In this document: positions 17,090 to 26,646 of the stretch, piece by piece
Position numbering within the stretch: position 1 is the stretch's first letter
Layout: each line of letters opens with the position of its first letter
Origin: Actinomycetota bacterium
Lineage (GTDB): Bacteria; Actinomycetota; UBA4738; HRBIN12
Reading direction: 5' to 3'
Assembly (NCBI GenBank): GCA_046723385.1
Contig: JBKOUM010000124.1
Coordinates: forward strand, 1-39,924
Length of the DNA stretch: 39,924 nucleotides
Made by a program: the position numbers and the translations under genes
The notes under the pieces: model-generated
Told to the model about the DNA's origin: nothing
Database searches by the model: none
Seen by the model: the letters and a program-made list of their open reading frames with translations, nothing else

Positions 17090-17923
17090 GTGCGTCCGGC
17101 CGAGGTCGTCCGGCGAGGCACCGCGTACCTCGAGCGGCACGGCGTCGACTCGCCGCGCGTGAGCGCCGAGGAGCTGATGGCGCGCGTGCTCGGGACCGAC
17201 CGCGCGTCGATCTACGCCCGTGGCGACGGCCTCACGACCGCGGAGGCCCGCGCCTACGGACGGGCGCTCTGCCGTCGCTGCACCGGGACGCTCCTACAGC
17301 ACCTCACGGGGGAACAAGGGTTCCGGCGGCTCGTGCTCTCCGTCCGGCCGGGCGTCTTCGTCCCACGGCCGGAGACCGAGATCCTCGTCGACGTGGCGCT
17401 GGAGGCGCTCGAAGGTGCGGAGGCGCCGGTCGTCGTGGACCTCTGCACCGGGTCCGGCGCGGTGGCGCTCGCGATCGGCGACGAGCGGCCGGGGGTGCAC
17501 GTCTGGGCGACCGACGTCTCGCAGGACGCGATCACGCTCGCGCGGGAGAACGCCGCCCGGCTGGGCCTGCCGATCGAGGCGCTCGTCGGTGATCTCTTCG
17601 AGCCGCTCCCTCCGGGGCTCCGCGGGACGGTCGACCTGGTCGTCGCGAACCCCCCGTACCTCGCCGAGGAGGAGGAGCCCACGCTGCCCGTCGAGGTGCG
17701 CGCGGAGCCGCCCGTGGCGCTGTACGGCGGACCGGAGCTGACGGAGCGGATCCTCCGGGGTGCGACCGCCTGGCTGCGACCCGGCGGCACGGTCGCGATC
17801 GAGATCCGCGAGGACACCGTGGACGTCACCGTCGCCGCGACGCGGGCGCAGGGGTTCGTGGACCCGTTCGTCCGGAAGGACCTGGCGGGGCGCGACCGCG
17901 TCGTCGCCGCCCGCGCGCCGTGA
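17090..17923 (+). CDS. prmC: Release factor glutamine methyltransferase
   Basis: PGVFVPRPETE, DLCTGSGA, NPPY. Follows prfA. Confidence 0.95.
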   Translation: MRPAEVVRRGTAYLERHGVDSPRVSAEELMARVLGTDRASIYARGDGLTTAEARAYGRALCRRCTGTLLQHLTGEQGFRRLVLSVRPGVFVPRPETEILVDVALEALEGAEAPVVVDLCTGSGAVALAIGDERPGVHVWATDVSQDAITLARENAARLGLPIEALVGDLFEPLPPGLRGTVDLVVANPPYLAEEEEPTLPVEVRAEPPVALYGGPELTERILRGATAWLRPGGTVAIEIREDTVDVTVAATRAQGFVDPFVRKDLAGRDRVVAARAP

Positions 17924-18519
17924 TCGACGACGCCGCGATCGAGGCGGCCGCCGCCGCCGCGCGGTCCGGAATGCTCATCGTGTTCCCGACCGACACCGTG
18001 TACGGAGTCGGGACGCGACCGGACGATCCGCGCGCGACCGCGGCGGTGTTCGCGGCAAAGGGACGACCGCAGGATCTGACGCTTCCGGTGCTCGTGGCGT
18101 CCGACGACGAGGCGCGCCGTGTCGCCGTCTTCGACGAGCGCGCGGCGCGCCTCGCCGCCGCCTACTGGCCGGGGTCCCTGACGATCGTCCTGCCGAGGAC
18201 GGAGCTCGCTGGAGGGTGGCACCTCGGCGGAGACGGTGCCTCGATCGGCGTCCGCGTCCCGAACGACGAGCGTGCGCTCCGTCTGCTCGGGCGGACGGGA
18301 CCGCTCGCGGCCACGTCGGCGAACCGATCGGGGGAGCCGCCCGCGGAGGATCGTGACGGCCTCGTCGCGATCTTCGGCGACCGCGTCGCCGTGTACCTCG
18401 CCGACGACGGAGGACCGCTCGGCGCAGCCTCCACCATCATCGACCTAACCGGTCCCCGGGCCACGATCCTCCGGAACGGCGACCTCGATCCCGCCCAGGT
18501 GCTGGCTCTGGCGGGATGA
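17920..18519 (+). CDS. tsaC: L-threonylcarbamoyladenylate synthase (YrdC/Sua5 family, short form)
   Basis: FPTDTVYG, KGR, WPGSLT, TSANRSG, STIID. Confidence 0.93.
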   Translation: MIDDAAIEAAAAAARSGMLIVFPTDTVYGVGTRPDDPRATAAVFAAKGRPQDLTLPVLVASDDEARRVAVFDERAARLAAAYWPGSLTIVLPRTELAGGWHLGGDGASIGVRVPNDERALRLLGRTGPLAATSANRSGEPPAEDRDGLVAIFGDRVAVYLADDGGPLGAASTIIDLTGPRATILRNGDLDPAQVLALAG

Positions 18520-18604
18520 CCTCGTCGCCGGCGAGCGGGTTCTCGGAGCGCGGAACCCCGCTGCTAGACTCGCGCGTTCCGAGAGACCGTCCGGAGGATC
18601 CGAC

Positions 18605-19051
18605 GTGCGCATCGTGCTGGCCAGCGACCACGCCGGTTTCCCGCTGAAGCAGACGCTCACGCCGATCCTGGCGGCAGCGGGACACGACGTCACGGACGTC
18701 GGCACGAACTCCGACGCTCCCGTCGACTATCCGTTGTTCTGCGCGGCCGCCGCCCACGCGGTGGCGCGCGGCGAGGCGGATCGCGGGATCGTGCTGGGGG
18801 GCTCGGGACAGGGCGAGCAGATCGCCGCGAACAAGGTCGACGGGATCCGCGCCGCGCTCTGCCATGACGTCTACCTGGCTCGCCTGTCGCGGGAGCACAA
18901 CGACGCGAACGTCCTCAGCATGGGCGCGCGGATCGTTGCGCCGACCCTGGCGGAGGAGATCGTCTGGGTCTGGCTGTCGACGCCCTTCGAGGGAGGGCGA
19001 CACGTGCCGCGGATCGAGCAGATCGCGGCGATCGAACGAGGGGAGCTGTAG
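18605..19051 (+). CDS. rpiB: Ribose-5-phosphate isomerase B
   Basis: SDHAG, VDYP, GGSGQGEQIAANKV (actinobacterial Glu-type active site), HNDAN, FEGGRH. GGAGG RBS present. Confidence 0.95.
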   Translation: MRIVLASDHAGFPLKQTLTPILAAAGHDVTDVGTNSDAPVDYPLFCAAAAHAVARGEADRGIVLGGSGQGEQIAANKVDGIRAALCHDVYLARLSREHNDANVLSMGARIVAPTLAEEIVWVWLSTPFEGGRHVPRIEQIAAIERGEL

Positions 19052-19053
19052 CG

Positions 19054-20319
19054 ATGCGCGAGTACGCGGCCGATTGGGAGGCGCTGAAGCGGACGGACCC
19101 GGAGGTCGCCGAGGCCGTGGCCGGCGAGCTCGAACGCGAGCGGACGACGCTGCGTCTGATCGCGTCGGAGAACTACGCGAGCCCGGCCGTCCTGGCTGCG
19201 GTCGGCTCGACCATGAACAACAAGTACGCCGAGGGCTACCCCGGGCGCCGTTACTACGGCGGGTGCCGGTATGTGGACGTCGTGGAGCAGCTCGCGATCG
19301 ACCGCGCGAAGGAGCTCTTCGGCGCCGAGCACGCGAACGTCCAGTCCCACGCGGGAGCGACCGCGAACATGGCCGTGTTCGGCGCCTTCTTGCAACCCAA
19401 GGATCCGGCTTCGAAGGTCCTGGGGATGGTGCTCGCGCACGGCGGGCACCTGACGCACGGCTCGCCCGTCAACGTCTCGGGGATGTGGTTCAACTTCGTC
19501 GGGTACGAGGTCGAGCGCGAGACCGAGCAGCTCGACATGGACCGGATCCGCGACCAGGCGCTCCGCGAGCGGCCGCGCATCATCCTGGCCGGCTACACGG
19601 CGTACCCGCGAACGATCGACTTCGCCGCGTTCCGCCGGATCGCCGACGAGGTCGGCGCGCTGTTCTGGGTCGACGCCTCACACTTCATCGGGCTCGTCGC
19701 TGGGGGCGCGTTCCCCAACCCGGTGCCCCACGCCGACGTGGTGACGTTCACCACCCATAAGGCGCTTCGGGGACCGCGCGGCGCGATGATCCTCTGTACG
19801 GAGGAGCACGCGAAGGCGATCGACAAGGCCGTCTTCCCCATGATGCAGGGCGGTCCGATCGAGAACAACATCGCGGGTAAGGCCGTCGCGCTCAAGGAGG
19901 CGATGACACCGGAGTTCCGCGACTACGCCGAGCGGATCGTCCGCGATGCCCGCGCGCTCGCGGCGGGACTCGCGGACGAAGGCCTGCGGATCGTCTCCGG
20001 TGGGACCGACTCGCACCTCGCGCTCGTGGACGTGCGGCCGCTCGGGGTGGACGGCAAGGCCGCCGAATCGCTCTGCGACGACGTCGGGATCACCCTCAAC
20101 AAGAACCAGATCCCGTACGACCCGAACCCGCCCTCGTCCCCCTCGGGGATCCGCGTCGGAACGCCGGCGTGTTCGACGCTCGGGATGGACGAGCCGGAGA
20201 TGCGGGAGGTCGCCGGGATCATCGGCGACGTTCTGCGCCAACCCGATGACGACGGCGTCAAGGAGAAGTCGCGGGCGCGGGTGCGTGACCTGATGCAGCG
20301 GTTCCCGCCCTACGCGTAG
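19054..20319 (+). CDS. glyA: Serine hydroxymethyltransferase
   Basis: LIASENY, KYAEGYPGRRYYGG, HGGHLTHG, TTHKALRGPRG, SGIRVGTPA. Confidence 0.98.
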   Translation: MREYAADWEALKRTDPEVAEAVAGELERERTTLRLIASENYASPAVLAAVGSTMNNKYAEGYPGRRYYGGCRYVDVVEQLAIDRAKELFGAEHANVQSHAGATANMAVFGAFLQPKDPASKVLGMVLAHGGHLTHGSPVNVSGMWFNFVGYEVERETEQLDMDRIRDQALRERPRIILAGYTAYPRTIDFAAFRRIADEVGALFWVDASHFIGLVAGGAFPNPVPHADVVTFTTHKALRGPRGAMILCTEEHAKAIDKAVFPMMQGGPIENNIAGKAVALKEAMTPEFRDYAERIVRDARALAAGLADEGLRIVSGGTDSHLALVDVRPLGVDGKAAESLCDDVGITLNKNQIPYDPNPPSSPSGIRVGTPACSTLGMDEPEMREVAGIIGDVLRQPDDDGVKEKSRARVRDLMQRFPPYA

Positions 20320-20365
20320 CCGGGGGTTGCCGAGGAGCCGCCGCGGCGCCCAGACTCCCTAGGTC

Positions 20366-21634
20366 GTGAGCGCGTCCGTGGCCGTGGTCGTCAGCGCCGG
20401 ATTCGATGCGTACGCCAAGCTCTTCCTGACGGCCTTCGCCGTGACCTTCGTCGCGACGCCGCTGGTCCGGCGCTTCGTGATCAGGGCCGGCGCGATCGAC
20501 CATCCATCGGACCGCAGCGTCCATCCCAAGCCGACCCCCACGATGGGCGGTCTGGCGATGTACACGGGGTTCCTGGCGGCCCTCGCGGTCTCGCGGTTCC
20601 TTCCCTTCTTCCGCGACGTCAACCTCTCGACGCCGGAACCGCTGGCAGCGCTCGTTGGGTGCACGTTGATGGTCGGGCTCGGTGCGATCGACGACACGCG
20701 CGGCACGACCCCGATCTCGAAACTCACCGCGCAGATCTTCATCGCCGGTGTGGTCGTGTTGTTCGGGGTCCAGTTCGCGTATTTCTTCTTCCCCTTCGTG
20801 CGGGGCCCGGTCGTGCTCTCGGGCGACCTCCCGGTGATCCTGACGATCGTCTGGGTCGTCGCCGTCGCGAACGCCGTCAACCTGGTCGACGGCCTCGACG
20901 GGCTGGCCGCGGGGATGGTCGCGATCGCGTCATCGGCGCTCTTCTTCTACGTCGTCCGGAGCCCCAGCCTGTTCGGCGAACAATCCCAGGCGGCCCTCTT
21001 ATCGGCGATCACCGCCGGCATCTGTCTGGGGTTCCTGCCCTGGAACTTCTATCCCGCGAAGATCTTCATGGGGGACACCGGCTCGATGCTGCTCGGGATG
21101 CTCCTGTCGATCGCGACGATCTCGGGGATCGGCCGAAACCCTATCCCTCCGTCCACCGACGACCGGGTCGCGATCGCGGGCAGCGTCGCCGTGCTGCTCC
21201 TCGTCCTCGCGATCCCGTTCCTCGACGTTGCGCTCGCGATCGTCCGGCGAACGCGCCGCGGTCAGGGGATCGGGCACGCGGACAAGGAGCATCTCCATCA
21301 CCGCTTGGTGGACATCGGCCACGGGCACCGGCAGGCGGTGCTGCTGATGTACCTCTGGAGCGCGTTGATCTCCGGCTGTGGCCTCGTCGTCGGGCTGATC
21401 ACCGGCCGCTTCCTGGTCGGTGTGATCATCGCCGGCGCGGTCGTGCTCTTCATCGCGACGGCCTTCCCACGCCTCGCCCGGCCGCGGAACGGCGCCCACG
21501 TCGAGCTCTCGGTGCTGAGCAACGGATCCGAGCAGCCGGGGGAGGTCGTCGACCTCACGGAACGCTCCGGCGTCGATCCTTCCGACGAGCGGCCTCGCGG
21601 CGCGACCGGCGGTTTCCCTCCGGCGGCACCTTGA
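20366..21634 (+). CDS. wecA: WecA/TagO-like polyprenyl-phosphate GlcNAc-1-phosphate transferase (MraY family)
   Basis: H..PTPTMGG, G.IDD, NAVNLVDGLDGL, NFYPAKIFMGDTG, D..HLHHRL. Multiple TM segments. Confidence 0.88.
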   Translation: MSASVAVVVSAGFDAYAKLFLTAFAVTFVATPLVRRFVIRAGAIDHPSDRSVHPKPTPTMGGLAMYTGFLAALAVSRFLPFFRDVNLSTPEPLAALVGCTLMVGLGAIDDTRGTTPISKLTAQIFIAGVVVLFGVQFAYFFFPFVRGPVVLSGDLPVILTIVWVVAVANAVNLVDGLDGLAAGMVAIASSALFFYVVRSPSLFGEQSQAALLSAITAGICLGFLPWNFYPAKIFMGDTGSMLLGMLLSIATISGIGRNPIPPSTDDRVAIAGSVAVLLLVLAIPFLDVALAIVRRTRRGQGIGHADKEHLHHRLVDIGHGHRQAVLLMYLWSALISGCGLVVGLITGRFLVGVIIAGAVVLFIATAFPRLARPRNGAHVELSVLSNGSEQPGEVVDLTERSGVDPSDERPRGATGGFPPAAP

Positions 21635-21779
21635 GATCCGTCCCGTTGTCCAAGCCGTACAAGAGGTCGAGGGAAGCTTCCCGCTGAAGGCTGTTCAAGG
21701 TGGTCGGGATCATGTGATGATCGCCGCCACCGTGCCACCGGCGCGCCGGACGTGGCCGGATCCGGGGGAGGAGGTGGAC

Positions 21780-22904
21780 GTGACCGAGATCGACGTGCGG
21801 CTGGAACGCGTCTCGAAGTTCTTCGGGGACGTCGCGGCCGTCGACGATCTGTCCCTGGACATCGCGGAGGGCGAGTTCTTCAGCATGCTCGGACCGTCCG
21901 GCTGCGGGAAGACGACCACCCTCAGGATGATCGGCGGGTTCGAGGATCCCTCGGTCGGGACCGTCTACCTGGGAGGGCGGGACGTCACCGACCTCCCCCC
22001 GTATCGGCGCGACGTCAACACGGTGTTCCAGTCCTACGCGCTGTTCCCCCACCTTGACGTGTACGAGAACGTCGCCTTCGGCCTGCGTCGCAAGAAGGTC
22101 AACAAGAGCGACATCGACGAGCGTGTGCGCGAGACGATGCGGCTCGTCGACCTGGAAGGGTTCGAGTCGCGCAAGCCGTCGCAGATGTCGGGAGGCCAGC
22201 AGCAACGCGTGGCGCTCGCTCGAGCGCTCGTGAACAGCCCCAAGGTCTTGTTGCTGGACGAGCCCCTCGGCGCCCTCGACCTCAAGCTCCGCAAGCAGAT
22301 GCAGCTGGAGCTCAAGCGCATCCAGGAGGAGGTCGGCATCACGTTCATCTACGTGACGCACGACCAGGAAGAGGCCATGACGATGTCCAACCGGTTCGCC
22401 GTCATGCGCCACGGCAAGATCGAGCAGATCGGCCCGCCCGAGGCCGTCTACGAGTCCCCCGCGACGGAGTTCGTGGCCGGATTCCTTGGCGCATCGAACC
22501 TGCTGGACGGCGAGCTCGACGGGAGTCAAGGCGACGTAACCACCGTGCGCCTCACGACCGGGCAGGACATCCACATGCCGGCGTCCAAGGTCCCCTCCGA
22601 CGTCGACACGGTCGTCAAGGTCGGCGTCCGGCCCGAGAAGATCAGCATCGAGCTCGACGAAGGGGAGCCGCCCACCGGCGCGAACTGGGTCTCCGGTCTT
22701 CTGCGCATGTCGACCTACATCGGCGTCAGCAACCAGTACAAGGTCGAGGGACCCGGGGGGACCGAGTTGACGGTCTACGTCCAGAACCTCGGCGACGCGG
22801 AGGTCCCCGCGCCCGGCCGGAAGGTGCGCCTGACGTGGCGTCCGGAGCACACCTTCGTCGTCAAGCCGTCCATCCCACTGTCTCCCGAGGAGGAGGAGGA
22901 ATGA
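21780..22904 (+). CDS. potA: Spermidine/putrescine ABC transporter ATP-binding protein (PotA-like, TOBE domain)
   Basis: GPSGCGKTT, NTVFQSYALFPH, MSGGQQQR, LLDEPLGALD, YVTHDQEEA. GGAGGAGG RBS before GTG 21780. Confidence 0.88.
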   Translation: MTEIDVRLERVSKFFGDVAAVDDLSLDIAEGEFFSMLGPSGCGKTTTLRMIGGFEDPSVGTVYLGGRDVTDLPPYRRDVNTVFQSYALFPHLDVYENVAFGLRRKKVNKSDIDERVRETMRLVDLEGFESRKPSQMSGGQQQRVALARALVNSPKVLLLDEPLGALDLKLRKQMQLELKRIQEEVGITFIYVTHDQEEAMTMSNRFAVMRHGKIEQIGPPEAVYESPATEFVAGFLGASNLLDGELDGSQGDVTTVRLTTGQDIHMPASKVPSDVDTVVKVGVRPEKISIELDEGEPPTGANWVSGLLRMSTYIGVSNQYKVEGPGGTELTVYVQNLGDAEVPAPGRKVRLTWRPEHTFVVKPSIPLSPEEEEE

Positions 22905-24142
22905 CCGAGCAGCAGCCGATCGATCCCGCGCTCTGGCGTGGGCTCACGCAGTCCCGAACATCCCGACGAGGGTTCCTCAAGGCGGCCGGCGCCGGTGCCG
23001 GCGCGCTCAGTCTTTCGTCGATCCTGGCGGCCTGCGGCACGAGCGGTGTCAGCACGAACGCTTCCACCGAGAACGGCGTCGGGTCGGCGGCCTGGTGGAG
23101 CCAGCAGCAGGAGACGACGACCCTGAACTACGCCAACTGGCCGTACTACATCGACGTCGCGCACGGGAAGCACCCGTCCCTCGATCAGTTCACGCAGGAG
23201 ACGGGCATCGAGGTGAACTACGACGAGCCGATCAACGACAACACGTCCTTCTTCACCAAGATCCGGCCGGATCTCCAAGCGGGGAACTACATCGGATGGG
23301 ATGTGATCGTCCTGACCAACAGCGACCCGCCGCTCGCCCAGCTGATCGGGGCCGGCTGGGCCGTCCCGCTCGATCAATCGCGCATGACCAACTTCAAGCA
23401 GTACGCGAGCCCGCTCGTTTCCGATCCCGCGTGGGATCCGGGGAACAAGTACACGATGGCGTGGCAGTCCGGGTACACGTGCATCGGCTACAACACGAAG
23501 TACATCACCGAGGAGATCACGTCGATCCAGTCGCTCTTCGACCCGAAGTACGAGGGGAAGATCGGCATGATGGGGATCTCGACCGAGCTCGGCAGCGCGG
23601 GGCTGCTCGCGATCGGGGTGGATCCAGCATCGTCAACCCCAGACGATTGGAGCAAGGCGGCTGAAAAGCTCAACGAGCAGAAGCCTCTCGTGCGTAGCTA
23701 CTACGACCAGGACTACATCAAGGCGCTCAAGAACGAGGACATCTGGATCTCCATGGTGTGGTCGGGAGACGTCTTCCAAGCGGCGAACTACCAGGGATAC
23801 GACACGCTGAAGACGGCGATCCCCCAGGAAGGGGCGATGTTCTGGACGGATAACCAACTGATCCCCGTGGGTGTGGAGAACCCGGTGGCCGCGATGACGT
23901 TCATGGACTACGTCTACGACCCGAAGGTGCAGGCGTTGATCGAGGCGTACAACGCGTACGTCTGCCCGGTGCCGTCGGCGAAGCCGCTCATCGCGAAGGC
24001 TGGGTCCCCGGAAGTCGCGAACAGCCCAACGGTGTTCCCCGACGCACAACAGGCGGCCGTCTCGAAGCCGTACTTCCAGTTCACGACGGCCGACGAGCTG
24101 GACACGTGGAACACGACGTTCGAGCCGATCTACACGGGGTAG
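22901..24142 (+). CDS. potD: Polyamine ABC transporter substrate-binding lipoprotein (PotD/PotF-like), Tat signal
   Basis: SRRGFLK twin-arginine motif, LAAC lipobox, NWPYYID, WSGD, PQEGAMFWTD. Confidence 0.82.
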   Translation: MTEQQPIDPALWRGLTQSRTSRRGFLKAAGAGAGALSLSSILAACGTSGVSTNASTENGVGSAAWWSQQQETTTLNYANWPYYIDVAHGKHPSLDQFTQETGIEVNYDEPINDNTSFFTKIRPDLQAGNYIGWDVIVLTNSDPPLAQLIGAGWAVPLDQSRMTNFKQYASPLVSDPAWDPGNKYTMAWQSGYTCIGYNTKYITEEITSIQSLFDPKYEGKIGMMGISTELGSAGLLAIGVDPASSTPDDWSKAAEKLNEQKPLVRSYYDQDYIKALKNEDIWISMVWSGDVFQAANYQGYDTLKTAIPQEGAMFWTDNQLIPVGVENPVAAMTFMDYVYDPKVQALIEAYNAYVCPVPSAKPLIAKAGSPEVANSPTVFPDAQQAAVSKPYFQFTTADELDTWNTTFEPIYTG

Positions 24143-25014
24143 CTCCTCCGCGTCGGCACGGGCGTGTCGGCCGGACGCTCAGCCCATACCTGCTGGGCGC
24201 TCCGGCCATCCTCTGGCTGGCCGTGTTCTTCGTCATCCCGCTCTTCACGATGCTGTCGCTGTCGATCCAGACCTGCAACTCGTTCACGTTCGCGTGCACG
24301 ATGACGTGGCACTTCGCAGAGTTCCCCAAGGTGATCGACCAGTACAGCGACACGCTCGCCCGTTCGTTCGTCTACGCGGGCGCCGCGACGCTCACGACGT
24401 TGGTCGTGTCGTTCCCCGTGACCTACTGGATCGCTTTCCGGGCCAAGCGGAAGAACTTCTTCTTGCTGATGCTCCTGGTGCCCTTCTTCGTCTCGTTCGT
24501 GATCCGGACGACGGCGTGGCAATTCCTCTTGTCTGACCAGGGCATCATCGTCGGGACCCTCAAGAACATCGGTCTCCTCCCGGAGAACTTCCACATCTTG
24601 GCGACGGGCTGGGCGGTCATCGCGGGGATCGCGTACAACTACCTGCCGTTCACGGCGTTGCCGCTGTACGTCGCTCTCGAGCGGATCGACCGACGCGTGC
24701 TGGAGGCTTCGAGCGACCTGTACTCCACGCGAAGAGAGACGTTCACCCGGGTCGTCCTTCCCCTCTCCATCCCGGGCATCTTCGCTGCGTTCCTCCTGAC
24801 GTTCGTGCCCGCGGCGGGCGACTACGTGAACGCATTCATCCTCGGCGGCACGAACAACTTCATGATCGGCAACGTGATCCAGAAGAAGTTCCTCGAGGCT
24901 GCGGACTATCCGGCTGCCTCCGCGCTCTCGGCGATCTTGCTCGTCCTGATGCTCGTGGGGATCGCGCTCTACGCGAAGTTCCTCGGCTCGCGGACGATCG
25001 AGGAGTACGTGTGA
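24106..25014 (+). CDS. potB: Polyamine ABC transporter permease (PotB-like); start uncertain
   Basis: PFFVSFVIRT.AW, YNYLPF..LP, EAS.DL loop, F.PA.GDYV. The only in-frame canonical start before the first TM segment overlaps the potD end. Confidence 0.82.
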   Translation: MEHDVRADLHGVAPPRRHGRVGRTLSPYLLGAPAILWLAVFFVIPLFTMLSLSIQTCNSFTFACTMTWHFAEFPKVIDQYSDTLARSFVYAGAATLTTLVVSFPVTYWIAFRAKRKNFFLLMLLVPFFVSFVIRTTAWQFLLSDQGIIVGTLKNIGLLPENFHILATGWAVIAGIAYNYLPFTALPLYVALERIDRRVLEASSDLYSTRRETFTRVVLPLSIPGIFAAFLLTFVPAAGDYVNAFILGGTNNFMIGNVIQKKFLEAADYPAASALSAILLVLMLVGIALYAKFLGSRTIEEYV

Positions 25015-25898
25015 GCACCACCCTCGCCCACGAGGTGCCGGTCCCCTCGGCGAAGGAGCTCGCTCCCGCCCCGCGCGAGACCAAACGTCGTTGGACGTAC
25101 TACGTCCTACCGGTCTACTCGGCCGGCTTCTTCCTGTACCTCCTGGTGCCGATCGCGTTCATGATCGTGTACAGCTTCAACCAGTCCCACTCGGCCCTCC
25201 CGCAGGTCACCTTCAAGTGGCAAGGGTTCACGACGGAGTGGTATCACGAGTGGAACGGGATCCCGGGCCTCGGAGACGCGTTCTTCCTGTCGATCAAGCT
25301 TGCCTTGGCCGCCACCGTGATCTCCGCGACGCTCGGGACGCTGCTCGCGCTGTCGCTCGTTCGGTACCGGTTCCGTGGGAAGGCGGTCACCGAGCAGGTG
25401 ATGTTCGCGAACATCGCGGCCCCGGAGATCGTGCTGGGAGCGTCCCTGCTCGGCTTCTACATCACCCTGAACCTCGATCGGGGGTTCGGGACGCTGCTGA
25501 TCGCGCACGTGATGTTCTGCGTCGCGTACGTGACGATCACCGTGCGCGCGCGGCTGTCTGGGTTCGACCCGATGCTCGAGCAAGCGGCCCAGGACCTGGG
25601 GGCGACGCCGTGGGTCACGTTCTGGAAGGTCACTCTGCCGTTGATCTTCCCGGGGATCCTGGCCGGGGCCCTGCTCGCGTTCGCGCTGTCGATCGACGAC
25701 TTCGTGACGTCGAACTTCGTCGCGGGACAGACGGTCACGTTCCCGTTGTGGGTGTACGGAGCGGTCAAGGTCGGCATCCCACCGCAGGTGTTCGTGCTCG
25801 GGACCGCGATCTTCATGGCGGGCCTCGTGCTCGCCGTCCTCGCCCTCATCTTCCAGGGCCGTGCGAAGAAGGCCCGGCCGGAGCCCGAAGAACCCTGA
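25011..25898 (+). CDS. potC: Polyamine ABC transporter permease (PotC-like)
   Basis: YSFN, PEIV.G, AH..F, LEQAAQDLGA (EAA loop), FALSIDDFV. Confidence 0.85.
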   Translation: MSTTLAHEVPVPSAKELAPAPRETKRRWTYYVLPVYSAGFFLYLLVPIAFMIVYSFNQSHSALPQVTFKWQGFTTEWYHEWNGIPGLGDAFFLSIKLALAATVISATLGTLLALSLVRYRFRGKAVTEQVMFANIAAPEIVLGASLLGFYITLNLDRGFGTLLIAHVMFCVAYVTITVRARLSGFDPMLEQAAQDLGATPWVTFWKVTLPLIFPGILAGALLAFALSIDDFVTSNFVAGQTVTFPLWVYGAVKVGIPPQVFVLGTAIFMAGLVLAVLALIFQGRAKKARPEPEEP

Positions 25899-25907
25899 CC
25901 TCGGCGC

Positions 25908-25925
25908 TCGTGAAACATTTCACAA
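25908..25925. promoter_or_regulatory. Rex operator (ROP)-like palindrome upstream of the atp operon
   Basis: TCGTGAA-ACAT-TTCACAA, one mismatch from the Rex consensus TTGTGAA-N4-TTCACAA. Confidence 0.7.
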
Positions 25926-25972
25926 GCGGATCGTCTATAGGCTCTGACCTGCGGAAACGCGGCTCGGCGACT

Positions 25973-26002
25973 TTGACGTGATCGGAAGCGCCCGCCTATA
26001 CT
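25973..26002 (+). promoter_or_regulatory. Sigma-A promoter of the atp operon
   Basis: TTGACG (25973-25978), 18 nt, TATACT (25997-26002). The ATG of the first atp gene is 10 nt later with no Shine-Dalgarno. Confidence 0.75.
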
Positions 26003-26012
26003 GCCCGCGCTC

Positions 26013-26243
26013 ATGACCGGGGACACGCGGCGAGACAGCGCCTGGTCGGGCATGGGCACCGGGTGGTCCATCACCTCGACGCTCATCGCCGGGATGCTGG
26101 CCTGGGGAGGCGTCGGCTACCTGGTCGATAGGCTCGTCGGGTTCCACGAGGTGTTCCTGCCGATCGGGATCATCGTGGGCGGGGCGGGCGGCGTCTACAT
26201 CGTCTATCTGCGGTACGGGAGGGGCAACCGTGGCGAACGTTGA
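26013..26243 (+). CDS. AtpZ/AtpI family small membrane protein
   Basis: 76 aa, two TM segments, G..GY.VDR motif. First gene of the atp operon. Confidence 0.8.
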   Translation: MTGDTRRDSAWSGMGTGWSITSTLIAGMLAWGGVGYLVDRLVGFHEVFLPIGIIVGGAGGVYIVYLRYGRGNRGER

Positions 26244-26646
26244 GCCGGAACGCGAAGCGATCCGCCGTGTCGTTCCGCTGGCACCGATCGCCCTGATCGT
26301 CGCGTTCATCGTCGGCGGCGTGATCGGTGGCATCGACGCCGCCTGGTCGGCGGGGATCGCGGTCGTGATCGTGTTCCTCAACTTCGTCGCAGCCGCCCTG
26401 TCCGTCGCGTGGGCCGCTCGCATCTCGCCGATGATCCTGTTCGCGGTCGCGATGGGAGGCTTCGTCGCCCGTCTGATCGTCTACACGATCGCCCTGGTGG
26501 TCCTGAACACGCTCGAGTGGTTCTCACCGCTCGCGTTCGCCCTCACGCTCGTCCCGGTCACGATCGGCCTGCTCGTCATCGAGGCGAGAACGCTCTCCGG
26601 ACGGCTCCAGGCGGACATGTGGTCGCTCGAGGGAGCCGCCCGTTGA
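26230..26646 (+). CDS. atpI: ATP synthase protein I (four TM segments)
   Basis: Four hydrophobic helices with 'NF' and 'R' motifs, positioned before atpB. Confidence 0.7.
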   Translation: MANVEPEREAIRRVVPLAPIALIVAFIVGGVIGGIDAAWSAGIAVVIVFLNFVAAALSVAWAARISPMILFAVAMGGFVARLIVYTIALVVLNTLEWFSPLAFALTLVPVTIGLLVIEARTLSGRLQADMWSLEGAAR

